NCBI GenBank assembly: GCA_023231005.1
Contig: JALNWG010000002.1
Coordinates: forward strand, 54,092 to 118,091
Direction of reading: 5' to 3'
DNA length: 64,000 nucleotides
Source: Bacteroidales bacterium
Lineage (GTDB): Bacteria > Bacteroidota > Bacteroidia > Bacteroidales > FEN-979
Below are positions 1-8,737 of the stretch, piece after piece (the stretch's first letter is position 1; every line of letters starts with the position of its first letter). The position numbers and the translations under genes were made by a program. Below the pieces are notes generated by a model. The model worked only from the letters and a program-made list of their open reading frames with translations. It did not search any database and was not told the origin of the DNA.

Positions 1-845
1 AATCCATTGCGCTCACGTAATGCCAGAGAGAGCCGGGAATTAAGGATCGGGCCACCCAGCATATTATTAAGTAGCGCAAGTGGAAAACGCCGTAGATCAT
101 GAAATGGGTAAGCAGGAACCCCAAGAATACAATGTACCTGGAAGATCTTCTTTTTCTGTATCAGACTAAACGGTTTATAACCGAAAAATGGTTCCCGGCT
201 AATAGAATCGAATCGTTCGGGGGCATCAGAAAAATATTTGGTAACTATTTTAACGAGTCGGGAGAAATGAATATTACCAACGGAGGCAATAACAACTTGG
301 TCGAGATGATAATTTCTCCGTATAAAGTTCCGGATTTCAATGCCACTGATTTTCTTCAAACTTTTTTTAGATCCCAGAATGTTTTTCCCGAGCGGATGAC
401 CGGCAAAAACAAGATCTTCAAAATCATCAAAAATTTGTTCTGCAGGAGTATCCTGATAAGAACGTATTTCGTCGAAAACCACTTGTTTTTCCTTTTCAAT
501 TTCTTTTTCCGGAAATATGGAATGAAAAAAAATGTCCTGAAAAAGTTCAAGGGTTCGATCGTAATATTGATTCAGAAAAGTGGCATAGATACAAGTATCT
601 TCTTTTTCGGTATAAGCATTCAGATCAGCGCCGATGTTTTCCAGGCGATTCAGTACCTGGAAAACATTGCGTTTTTCTGTTCCTTTAAAAATTGTATGCT
701 CAATCAAATGAGCAATTCCGTGTTCAGTGTCTGCTTCATCGCGGGTACCGGCATTGATGAATATTCCACAATGAGATACCTGATTTGGGATAAAATCATG
801 TACCAGACGGATCCCGTTGGGCAATGTAAAGGTTTGCAGGTTCAT
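1..845 (-). CDS. M16 (insulinase/pitrilysin) family zinc peptidase, 5' part only; C-terminus lies beyond the left edge
   Basis: Absent from the ORF track because it runs off the window. Own translation of the minus strand from ATG 845-843 gives MNLQTFTLPNGIRLVHDFIPNQVSHCGIFINAGTRDEADTEHGIAHLIEHTIFKGTEKRNVFQ... and stays open to base 1 (...LLNNMLGGPILNSRLSLALRERNG). Inverted zinc motif HxxEH = HLIEH. Confidence 0.85.
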   Translation of the reverse strand, partial: MNLQTFTLPNGIRLVHDFIPNQVSHCGIFINAGTRDEADTEHGIAHLIEHTIFKGTEKRNVFQVLNRLENIGADLNAYTEKEDTCIYATFLNQYYDRTLELFQDIFFHSIFPEKEIEKEKQVVFDEIRSYQDTPAEQIFDDFEDLVFAGHPLGKNILGSKKSLKKISGIEIRNFIRRNYHLDQVVIASVGNIHFSRLVKIVTKYFSDAPERFDSISREPFFGYKPFSLIQKKKIFQVHCILGVPAYPFHDLRRFPLALLNNMLGGPILNSRLSLALRERNG

Positions 846-848
846 GAA

Positions 849-3002
849 TTACTTCCGGCTTTCGATAAGGATCTCAAGCAATTTGATTCCGGCATCAGAA
901 ATCACGGTACCCGGACCAAAAATGGCTGCAGCCCCGGCTTTATAAAGAAAGTCATAGTCCTGGGTTGGAATTACACCTCCAACGATCACAAGGATATCCT
1001 CGCGTCCCAGTTTTTTCAGTTCCTCAATAACCTGTGGAACAAGTGTTTTATGGCCTGCTGCAAGACTTGACACGCCAAGAATATGGACATCATTTTCAAC
1101 AGCCTGTTTAGCGGATTCGGCCGGAGTTTGAAACAAAGGACCGATATCCACATCAAATCCGATATCCGCATAACCAGTTGCAACTACCTTAGCACCACGA
1201 TCGTGGCCATCCTGACCCATTTTGGCAATCATGATCCGGGGACGACGTCCCTCCATGGCAGCAAATTTATCTGCCAGCACACGTGCCTTTTGGAAATTTT
1301 CATTATCTTTTGATTCCGAAGAATAAACTCCGGAGATGCTCCGAATCACAGCTTTGTACCTCCCATAAATTTTTTCAAGTGCATAAGAAATTTCTCCCAA
1401 AGAAGCCCGTTTCCGGGCTGCATCAATGGCAAGCGCCAATAAATTGCCTTCTCCGGTTTTCGCCGATTGTGTCAAGGCCTGAAGCGCTTCATCAACGGCT
1501 GTCTGATCTCGTTCTTCACGGAGCTGATGTAATCGCTTTATTTGTGATTCCCTAACCGCTGCATTATCCACATCCAGAATTTCGATGGGATCTTCTTTTT
1601 CCAGCCGGTTCATATTCACGCCCACAATCTTATCCTTCCCTGAATCGATCCGTGCTTGCTTTCTTGCTGAAGCTTCCTCAATCCTCATTTTAGGGATTCC
1701 TGTTTCAATTGCCTTGGCCATTCCACCCAATTTTTCCACTTCTTCAATCAATTGCCATGCTTTGTGTGCAATTTCATGTGTCAATGTTTCCACATAATAG
1801 GAACCAGCCCAAGGATCCAGTGAACGGCATATCTGGGTTTCCTCCTGCAGATAAAGCTGGGTATTCCGGGCAATTCGGGCCGAAAAATCAGTAGGTAAGG
1901 CAATGGCTTCATCCAGCGAATTGGTGTGAAGCGACTGGGTATGACCCAATGCAGCGGCTAAGGCTTCCACACAGGTTCGAGCCACATTATTAAAAGGGTC
2001 CTGCTCGGTGAGACTCCACCCAGAGGTCTGTGTATGGGTGCGTAGCGCCAGTGATTTTGGATTTTTTGGATGGAACTGATTCACAATCTTTGCCCAAAGC
2101 AATCGGGCAGCGCGCATTTTCGCAATTTCCATGAAATGATTCATTCCGGCAGCCCAGAAAAAAGACAACCTCGGCGCAAATGCATCAATGTCCATCCCTG
2201 CATGGATTCCAGCACGTAAATATTCCAATCCGTCAGCCAAGGTATATGCCAACTCTATATCGGCAGTAGCTCCAGCTTCCTGCATGTGATAGCCACTGAT
2301 GGAAATGGAATTGAATTTAGGCATGTTTTTCGCAGTAAATTCAAAAATATCTGCGATGATCTTCATAGATGGAGAAGGAGGATAAATGTAGGTATTCCTG
2401 ACCATAAATTCTTTCAGGATGTCATTTTGAATGGTTCCTGTTAATTTCTCCATCGGAACGCCTTGTTCTTCCGCTGCTACAATATAAAATGCCAGGATCG
2501 GCAAAACCGCGCCATTCATTGTCATGGAAACCGACATTTTGTCAAGAGGTATCTGGTCGAATAAAATCTTCATATCGAGGATTGAATCGATGGCAACCCC
2601 AGCTTTTCCCACATCACCTGTAACGCGCTCATGATCTGAATCATATCCCCGATGAGTAGCCAGGTCAAATGCGACCGATAACCCTTTTTGGCCAGCTTTC
2701 AAGTTCCGTCGGTAAAAGGCATTTGAATCCTCTGCCGTCGAAAAACCAGCATACTGTCGAATCGTCCACGGACGCATTACATACATTGTAGAATAAGGTC
2801 CCCGGAGAAAGGGTGGAATTCCAGCTGCATACTCGAGGTGTTCCATTTGCGCCAAGTCGGGTTCTCCATAAACTGGTTTGACCGGAATCTGTTCCGGAGT
2901 AATCCAGCTTTTCCGGATTCCGGCCTCCTTTTCCCATGCAATAAATGATTTCTTAGCAAAGGAAGGTTGTAATTCAACATTTTTAAAATCAGGTCTCATC
3001 AT
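849..3002 (-). CDS. mutB: methylmalonyl-CoA mutase large (catalytic, B12-binding) subunit
   Basis: 717 aa. Mutase barrel motifs [25 protein letters not shown] and [18 protein letters not shown]-terminal cobalamin domain with DxHxxG ([14 protein letters not shown]). Stop is 3 nt from the M16 peptidase ATG. Confidence 0.95.
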   Translation of the reverse strand: MMRPDFKNVELQPSFAKKSFIAWEKEAGIRKSWITPEQIPVKPVYGEPDLAQMEHLEYAAGIPPFLRGPYSTMYVMRPWTIRQYAGFSTAEDSNAFYRRNLKAGQKGLSVAFDLATHRGYDSDHERVTGDVGKAGVAIDSILDMKILFDQIPLDKMSVSMTMNGAVLPILAFYIVAAEEQGVPMEKLTGTIQNDILKEFMVRNTYIYPPSPSMKIIADIFEFTAKNMPKFNSISISGYHMQEAGATADIELAYTLADGLEYLRAGIHAGMDIDAFAPRLSFFWAAGMNHFMEIAKMRAARLLWAKIVNQFHPKNPKSLALRTHTQTSGWSLTEQDPFNNVARTCVEALAAALGHTQSLHTNSLDEAIALPTDFSARIARNTQLYLQEETQICRSLDPWAGSYYVETLTHEIAHKAWQLIEEVEKLGGMAKAIETGIPKMRIEEASARKQARIDSGKDKIVGVNMNRLEKEDPIEILDVDNAAVRESQIKRLHQLREERDQTAVDEALQALTQSAKTGEGNLLALAIDAARKRASLGEISYALEKIYGRYKAVIRSISGVYSSESKDNENFQKARVLADKFAAMEGRRPRIMIAKMGQDGHDRGAKVVATGYADIGFDVDIGPLFQTPAESAKQAVENDVHILGVSSLAAGHKTLVPQVIEELKKLGREDILVIVGGVIPTQDYDFLYKAGAAAIFGPGTVISDAGIKLLEILIESRK

Positions 3003-3079
3003 TCAAATGATAGTTATTGTAAGTTAAAAAATGACATTCAAAAAAGAAAAAATCATAAAATCTGTTTCTACTTTTCTGT

Positions 3080-5446
3080 TTAAAGAGTCAGGGCTCTGGC
3101 AATTTCCGTCTGACGAAATGGTTTACTGATATAATCATCCATCCCGACAGCCAAACAATGTTCTTTATCTTCAGTCGTTGAATGGGCTGTCAATGCTACA
3201 ATTTTAATCCGTTTCACAGGTTGTCCCGATTTCATCCTTTCTTCTTCCACCTTCCTTATTTGCCTTGTCGCTTCCAACCCATCCATTTCTGGCATCTCAA
3301 GATCCATCAAAATCAGATCATAATCATTTGTAATAAATCTATCCAGGGCCAGTTTGCCATTTTCAACAACTTCTACTTTATGTCCAAAAGCTTCGAGCGT
3401 TTTTGAGGCCACCTTCTGGTTGATTTTGTTGTCCTCAGCCAGAAGAATAAAAAGAGACCGGTTAGAACGCATGCGAATTTTCATAGCATACTTCTCAATG
3501 ATTCTTATCAATTCTTCCGGTTGAAAAGGTTTGGCAATATAGTCGTCCATACCGGATTCCAGGAATCGCTCCCGGTCACCTTCCACCGCATAGGCAGTAA
3601 AGGCAACAATGAAAGTAGGTTTGCGTTCCGGATGGTTCTGCTCCAGCAACCGGAACTTCTCTGTTGCTTCCAGTCCGTCCATCACCGGCATCCGAATATC
3701 CATCAACACAATTTGATACTCTTTTTCACTGAACATCTTTACGGCAACCCGGCCGTTTTCAGCAATATCAATATTCTGATATCCATCCTTTTCAAGGGAG
3801 GTTTTAGCTACTTTCTGGCTAATATAATTATCCTCAACAAGCAGGATAAATAATGATTTTGATAGATTATCCTTCCGAGTAGCTGCAATTTTTTCAGCTT
3901 CCACCTGATTAATTTTATCAAACACCGCAGTAAACCAAAATGTTGACCCTTCCCCTTCCTTACTATTCACTCCGATTTCTCCACCCATTAAATGGGAAAG
4001 ATCTTTGGAAATTTTTAAGCCCAACCCCGTTCCACCAAATTTACGGGTGGTGGCAGTTTCTGCTTGTGAAAATTCTTTAAATAGTTTTTCCTTCCCCTCC
4101 GCCGAAATGCCAATTCCAGTATCTTTTACATTGCAGCGAATCATCATTTTTTCATCGTTTTGCCAGACAGGCTCAAGCTCAATGGTGATGCTCCCCTCCT
4201 GTGTAAATTTAATGGCATTGTTGGTCAGGTTTATGATGATTTGTTTAAACCGAACCGGATCTCCTTTAATATGATCCGGAATTTCATGAGAAATGCTGAA
4301 AAACAGTTTTAAACCTTTCCCCTCAGCTTTGGTATGAAGAATTTTAATGACTTCTTCCAACTGCTGAGGAAGCTTAAATGGAATGTTTTCTAATTCTACC
4401 TGCCCTGCTTCTATTTTGGAGAAATCAAGGATATCGTTGATAATTGCAAGGAGGTTATTACCGGAAATTTCGATAATGTCAAGATATTCGCGTTGTTCGT
4501 CATTCAATTCAGTCTCTTTAAGAATGTTGGCCATTCCAACAACACCATTCATTGGGGTCCGGATTTCATGGCTCATATTTGCCAAAAACATCGATTTTGC
4601 TCTGCTTTCTCGGACTGCAATTTCCTTAGCATTCTTCAACTCCTCTTCCAGCACAACCCGATCTTCAATTTCTTTCTGAAGTTGTTCTGTCCGAGATTTG
4701 ATGATTCCTTCAAGATTCGATTTGTAATGTAGAAGTTCTTCTTCCGCTTTTTCACGCTCTGCGATCAATCCTTCAAGTTTGCGCATTGTCGACTTGAATG
4801 AATTTCGGATAGCAATCAGGACAGGAAAAACAATCAAAAGAAAGAATAGCCCCATCAACAGGATGATCGGAATACGATGAAACACTTCAGAATTAATGGA
4901 TTTCGTATCTATATCTGCACCTAACAAATATTCCTGCCCGGCAGGGGAAACAACGGGAATGATAATACTTTCAAAAGAACCCCATCGGTCAATAGACGAT
5001 TCAAACAGCGGTTGTTTGGTCTTCAGGGCATTGGCAAACATTCTTGAATTTTTATGACATTCCTGCCAATATTTTGGAAGATTTTTTTCTTTTATATCTT
5101 TATCAGAGGCGCTGGAGGAAGTACAATAGACCTTCCCATCTCTCACAACTGCTGTGTATAAATATTTTACTCCTGCTGCTTTGGCACATTTCGACAGAAG
5201 CAGCGTGTTCTCCGAATTCTCAGTTTCATTAATACCATCTTTTGACAAAGCCCGGTCATGGAAATCTTTAGGAAGGATGTATTTGATGTTTTCAGCAGCA
5301 TGAAGCAATTGAGAATGCATCTCATTAATGATCCAATGTTTTTCTACTTTACTTGCCCAAAAAGTAAAAACAACTACTCCCAATAGATAAATTATAACTG
5401 AATATAAGAAAGGTTTAAAGGAAAAAACCCAGTACTTTTTCTTCAT
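3080..5446 (-). CDS. hybrid sensor histidine kinase: extracytoplasmic sensor domain, HisKA, HATPase_c and two receiver domains
   Basis: ATG 5446 preferred; the ORF-track start 5455 is TTG, 3 codons upstream. Architecture: TM helix, about 150-aa extracytoplasmic domain, second TM (IPIILLMGLFFLLIVFPVLIAI), coiled coil, H-box SHEIRTPMNGV, ATPase G-boxes (DTGIGI, GGTGLGL), then REC1 (LMDIRMPVMDG) and REC2 (LMDLEMPEMDG). No HPt domain. Confidence 0.9.
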   Translation of the reverse strand: MKKKYWVFSFKPFLYSVIIYLLGVVVFTFWASKVEKHWIINEMHSQLLHAAENIKYILPKDFHDRALSKDGINETENSENTLLLSKCAKAAGVKYLYTAVVRDGKVYCTSSSASDKDIKEKNLPKYWQECHKNSRMFANALKTKQPLFESSIDRWGSFESIIIPVVSPAGQEYLLGADIDTKSINSEVFHRIPIILLMGLFFLLIVFPVLIAIRNSFKSTMRKLEGLIAEREKAEEELLHYKSNLEGIIKSRTEQLQKEIEDRVVLEEELKNAKEIAVRESRAKSMFLANMSHEIRTPMNGVVGMANILKETELNDEQREYLDIIEISGNNLLAIINDILDFSKIEAGQVELENIPFKLPQQLEEVIKILHTKAEGKGLKLFFSISHEIPDHIKGDPVRFKQIIINLTNNAIKFTQEGSITIELEPVWQNDEKMMIRCNVKDTGIGISAEGKEKLFKEFSQAETATTRKFGGTGLGLKISKDLSHLMGGEIGVNSKEGEGSTFWFTAVFDKINQVEAEKIAATRKDNLSKSLFILLVEDNYISQKVAKTSLEKDGYQNIDIAENGRVAVKMFSEKEYQIVLMDIRMPVMDGLEATEKFRLLEQNHPERKPTFIVAFTAYAVEGDRERFLESGMDDYIAKPFQPEELIRIIEKYAMKIRMRSNRSLFILLAEDNKINQKVASKTLEAFGHKVEVVENGKLALDRFITNDYDLILMDLEMPEMDGLEATRQIRKVEEERMKSGQPVKRIKIVALTAHSTTEDKEHCLAVGMDDYISKPFRQTEIARALTL

Positions 5447-5451
5447 GAAAT

Positions 5452-5871
5452 TCAAGTGTTAAGAATTCTATATAATTCCTCAATCTCAACGGGTTTATTC
5501 ATATAAAAGTCCATTCCTGCTTCAAAAAATTTCATACGGTCATCTTCAAAAGCATTGGCAGTTATCGCAACAATTTTCACCCGTTTCTCAGACTGAATAT
5601 TCCGGGCTGTCTCTATTTTTCTTATTTCCTTTGTGGCCGTGATCCCATCCATTACAGGCATCATGATATCCATCAAAATAACATCGTAAATATTCTGCTC
5701 AAATTTCGCCACAGCAACGGCTCCATCCATTGCGTTGTCTACATGGTGTCCCGCTCTGGTAAGAGCAGATGTAATCAACCTTTGGTTGATCGAATTATCT
5801 TCCACAACAAGAATGGATAAGGATCTCTTTAAAGAAGCAGAAGAATCCGGTGGATTGATGGGTATATTCAT
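5452..5871 (-). CDS. single-domain response regulator (receiver only, no output domain)
   Basis: 139 aa from ATG 5871; the ORF-track start 5901 is TTG and would overlap the mutA stop. Complete REC signature: ILVVEDNSINQ, ILMDIMMPVMDG, VAITANA, YMNKP. Stop is 5 nt before the kinase ATG. Confidence 0.85.
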   Translation of the reverse strand: MNIPINPPDSSASLKRSLSILVVEDNSINQRLITSALTRAGHHVDNAMDGAVAVAKFEQNIYDVILMDIMMPVMDGITATKEIRKIETARNIQSEKRVKIVAITANAFEDDRMKFFEAGMDFYMNKPVEIEELYRILNT

Positions 5872-5893
5872 AAGAAAATTAAGTATAAGTGAC

Positions 5894-7777
5894 TTATACA
5901 ATTCCTAATTTGGACTGACACGATCTCAAAGTATCGAGCAAGTTACTCCGAACGTGAATAAAATCATCCACTCCGGACTTTTTTAATGATTCAACAATTT
6001 CCTTGGGATATCCTGCAACCAATATTCTCGGTGGTTTCTTTGACTGTTTCAATTGAGTTGCAATTTCCGGGACAAAAACCGGATACTCTTCATCGGAACT
6101 ACAAATAACGACAAATTCGGCATTGGAAGAGATGGCTGCTGAGACTCCTTCAGCAACCGTTGAAAAACCCGGATTATCGATGATTTCATAACCGGCACAA
6201 CCAAAAAAATTAGTAATAAAACCGGCACGCGCCCTGAGCATTGTCAAATTTCCAATGGTAAAAAGAAATACTTTCGGCCGCTTGTGACCACTTTTCACGA
6301 ATCGTTCTGTACTTAATCTGATTTCTTCAAAACCCTGAGCTGCACGATATAATGTCAACTTCCGGTAAGGCGTTTCAACGGATACCGGAATGGGTGGAGC
6401 GGGCTGAATTTTTTCTTCCATGGTTTCCAGAAGGTTCGGATATTGAGTCGTCCCTAAAAGGATATTCCTGCGTTGGGCAAAATTTGTCTCTTTTTGTTGC
6501 CGGTTTCTTTCAATTTCCTGTTGTATAAAACCCGATTTGATACACGCAATCATTCCTCCCTTTTCCTCTACCAATTGAAAAAGTTTCCAGGCGTGAGAAG
6601 CAATAGACTGGGTAAGGGTTTCAACGTAATATGAACCGGCGGCCGGATCTACAATTTTATCCAGATAAGATTCTTCCTTGAGAACCAATTGTTGATTCCG
6701 GGCAATTCTACGAGAAAATTCATCTTCCGGTTTAAATGGGACATCAAATGGACGGATGGTCACTGAGTCGGCATTACCGATTGCTGCCGACATCCCTTCG
6801 GTAGTTGTCCTAAGCATATTGACATAAGGATCGAAAATGGTTTTGTTCCAGAGAGCTGTGGTGGAGTGGATAAACAGACGGGAAGATTGTTTTTGTTCCG
6901 GATGATACTGATTGATCATGGTTGACCACAGCAAACGGGCAGCCCGTAACTTGGCAATTTCCATAAAATAATTGGGACCAATGGCAAGTGAAAACTGCAT
7001 CAATGGAGCCACGGTATCTACTGAAAATCCTTTGTTTGTTAACCCCGATAAATATTCATTGGCGGAGGCCAAACTAAAACCTATTTCCTGTACCAAAGTA
7101 GATCCGGCATCCTGAAAATAATGCCCATTGATCGTAATGGCTTTAAAATGAGGAATTCTTTTTTGGATTGTATTTAACAGATATTCTGTCTCTTCCAGAT
7201 TCTGAACCCAGTTCACATAAAAATCACCATGCAATAATAAATAACTGATGGGATCAAAATTGATAGAGCCATGAATCTTATCGCCTCCTTTATTTCGATT
7301 AACAATTTCATAGATAAACAATTCAAGGGTGAGTGGATAAGATCTGGAGGAAACAAAATGAATCCCGGTTTTATCCAGATCAATTTTCTGTAGTAACTCA
7401 CTCATTTGTTTATGGGTGGAAATCTCCTGAACCGAAAATCCAATGTCGTTAACACCTTTAGCTATGGCCTCCAACGCAAGTTCATTAGCAGCAGAAATCT
7501 TGGTTGCCGGAATGTCCTGGCGAATGATCCATTGATTATGATCTTTTCTATTTCCACGGATGAAAGGGATTTCGTCAGGTAAAGATTTTGTGTTGGCTAA
7601 TCCTTCAATATCTTCCTGTCGATAATAGGGTTTAACATCAAATCCTTCCTCACTTTTCCAGATCAGCTTTTTTTCATAATCCGCTCCCTTTAGGTCAGCA
7701 TTGATTTTTTCTTCCCATTCACGGGTAGTAATGGGTGGAAAATCCTGAAAAAGTTTCTTTTGTTCGTTTTGATCCAT
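5894..7777 (-). CDS. mutA: methylmalonyl-CoA mutase small (beta) subunit
   Basis: 627 aa. N-terminus LFQDFPPITTREWEEKINADLKG is typical of MutA. Mutase-fold homology (YFMEIAKLRAARLLW). The C-terminal Rossmann-like domain lacks the DxHxxG cobalamin ligand motif (TIGNLTMLRARAGFITNFFG instead). Confidence 0.9.
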   Translation of the reverse strand: MDQNEQKKLFQDFPPITTREWEEKINADLKGADYEKKLIWKSEEGFDVKPYYRQEDIEGLANTKSLPDEIPFIRGNRKDHNQWIIRQDIPATKISAANELALEAIAKGVNDIGFSVQEISTHKQMSELLQKIDLDKTGIHFVSSRSYPLTLELFIYEIVNRNKGGDKIHGSINFDPISYLLLHGDFYVNWVQNLEETEYLLNTIQKRIPHFKAITINGHYFQDAGSTLVQEIGFSLASANEYLSGLTNKGFSVDTVAPLMQFSLAIGPNYFMEIAKLRAARLLWSTMINQYHPEQKQSSRLFIHSTTALWNKTIFDPYVNMLRTTTEGMSAAIGNADSVTIRPFDVPFKPEDEFSRRIARNQQLVLKEESYLDKIVDPAAGSYYVETLTQSIASHAWKLFQLVEEKGGMIACIKSGFIQQEIERNRQQKETNFAQRRNILLGTTQYPNLLETMEEKIQPAPPIPVSVETPYRKLTLYRAAQGFEEIRLSTERFVKSGHKRPKVFLFTIGNLTMLRARAGFITNFFGCAGYEIIDNPGFSTVAEGVSAAISSNAEFVVICSSDEEYPVFVPEIATQLKQSKKPPRILVAGYPKEIVESLKKSGVDDFIHVRSNLLDTLRSCQSKLGIV

Positions 7778-7841
7778 GACAAATAATTGATTAAGTACGA
7801 TCGTATGCCGAGTAATTATACCGGATTGCTAAAAAGTAAAG

Positions 7842-7849
7842 CAAATATA
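7842..7849 (-). promoter_or_regulatory. candidate Bacteroidota -7 box (TAnnTTTG) for mutA
   Basis: Exact TATATTTG on the minus strand, about 64 nt upstream of ATG 7777, in the 105-bp divergent region. Confidence 0.4.
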
Positions 7850-7882
7850 AGTAATTCCATAACTTTACGAAAAAAAAACAGG

Positions 7883-8737
7883 ATGAACATCGCTATTAGT
7901 GGCGCGACCGGATTTATCGGGAAAGCGTTGGTAAAAAAATTAAAAGAGTCCGGTTGGGAAGTATATGAAATCGATAGGCCCTCATTTGGCTTATCTCCAA
8001 AAGATTTCGGAGAAAAATGGGTCGAAGGAATGGATGTAATAATTCATCTTTCTGGTGCCCCGGTTTCAAAAAAATGGACCATTCCCTATAAAGAGGAAAT
8101 ATATAAAAGCAGAATTGCAACAACCAAAACAATTACAGCCGCAATCAGGTCTGTTAAACAGCCTCCTTCACTTTTTATTTCCACCTCTGCCATTGGGATT
8201 TATAATTCATCCGGAACTCACACTGAATCAGAATATTCGTATGCTGATACATTTTTGGCACATGTATGTAACGATTGGGAAACCGCTGCCAGGGAAGTGC
8301 AGGATCTTTCACGGGTTGTTATCTTTCGGTTGGGCATGGTGCTTAGCTCCGAAGGTGGAATTCTGAAAAAGATGGGTCCTTTTTTCCAGATCGGGCTGGG
8401 AGGAAAAATAGGTGATGGAAAGCAATACATTTCGTTTATTCACCTCAACGATCTTTTAAATGTTTATCTCTTTGTGATCAATAATCCGTCCCTCTCCGGA
8501 GCAGTTAATGTGGTGACCCCCTTCCCCGTTACCCATTCCGAATTTACAGAAACCTTAGGAAAAGTACTTAAACAACCGGTTCCGTTTACAGTTCCATCTT
8601 TTATGATAAAAAAAGTACTTGGGGAGGGGGCACAGATTTTATTAGAGGGTCAAAAAGTTTTCCCTGAAAAATTGCAACAGGCAGGATTTCACTATATCTA
8701 TCCACTCCTCCGCAACGCATTAATCAGGATTTACTGA
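7883..8737 (+). CDS. TIGR01777/YfcH-like NAD-dependent epimerase family protein (SDR with DUF1731-type C-terminus)
   Basis: ATG 7883 puts the Rossmann motif at the N-terminus (MNIAISGATGFIGKALV). The ORF-track TTG 7787 adds 32 residues that overlap the divergent promoter region. Family assignment is from memory of the overall pattern. Confidence 0.7.
   Translation: MNIAISGATGFIGKALVKKLKESGWEVYEIDRPSFGLSPKDFGEKWVEGMDVIIHLSGAPVSKKWTIPYKEEIYKSRIATTKTITAAIRSVKQPPSLFISTSAIGIYNSSGTHTESEYSYADTFLAHVCNDWETAAREVQDLSRVVIFRLGMVLSSEGGILKKMGPFFQIGLGGKIGDGKQYISFIHLNDLLNVYLFVINNPSLSGAVNVVTPFPVTHSEFTETLGKVLKQPVPFTVPSFMIKKVLGEGAQILLEGQKVFPEKLQQAGFHYIYPLLRNALIRIY

Noticed and set aside
99-1070. 323-aa plus-strand ORF, the longest unassigned ORF in the track
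   Set aside because: It is entirely antisense to the M16 peptidase (1-845) and the 3' end of mutB. It has a low-complexity Phe/Asn/Lys-rich composition and no motif. The opposite strand encodes clear HxxEH peptidase and mutase sequence.
3182-5232. Multiple 60-110 aa plus-strand ORFs inside the hybrid kinase gene
   Set aside because: Antisense to a continuous kinase/receiver reading frame with all catalytic motifs. No evidence of their own.
7778-7882. Possible cobalamin riboswitch upstream of the B12-dependent mutase
   Set aside because: The region is only 105 bp and is shared with a divergent gene. It is AT-rich, with no B12-box-like GCCACTG core and no extended pairing.
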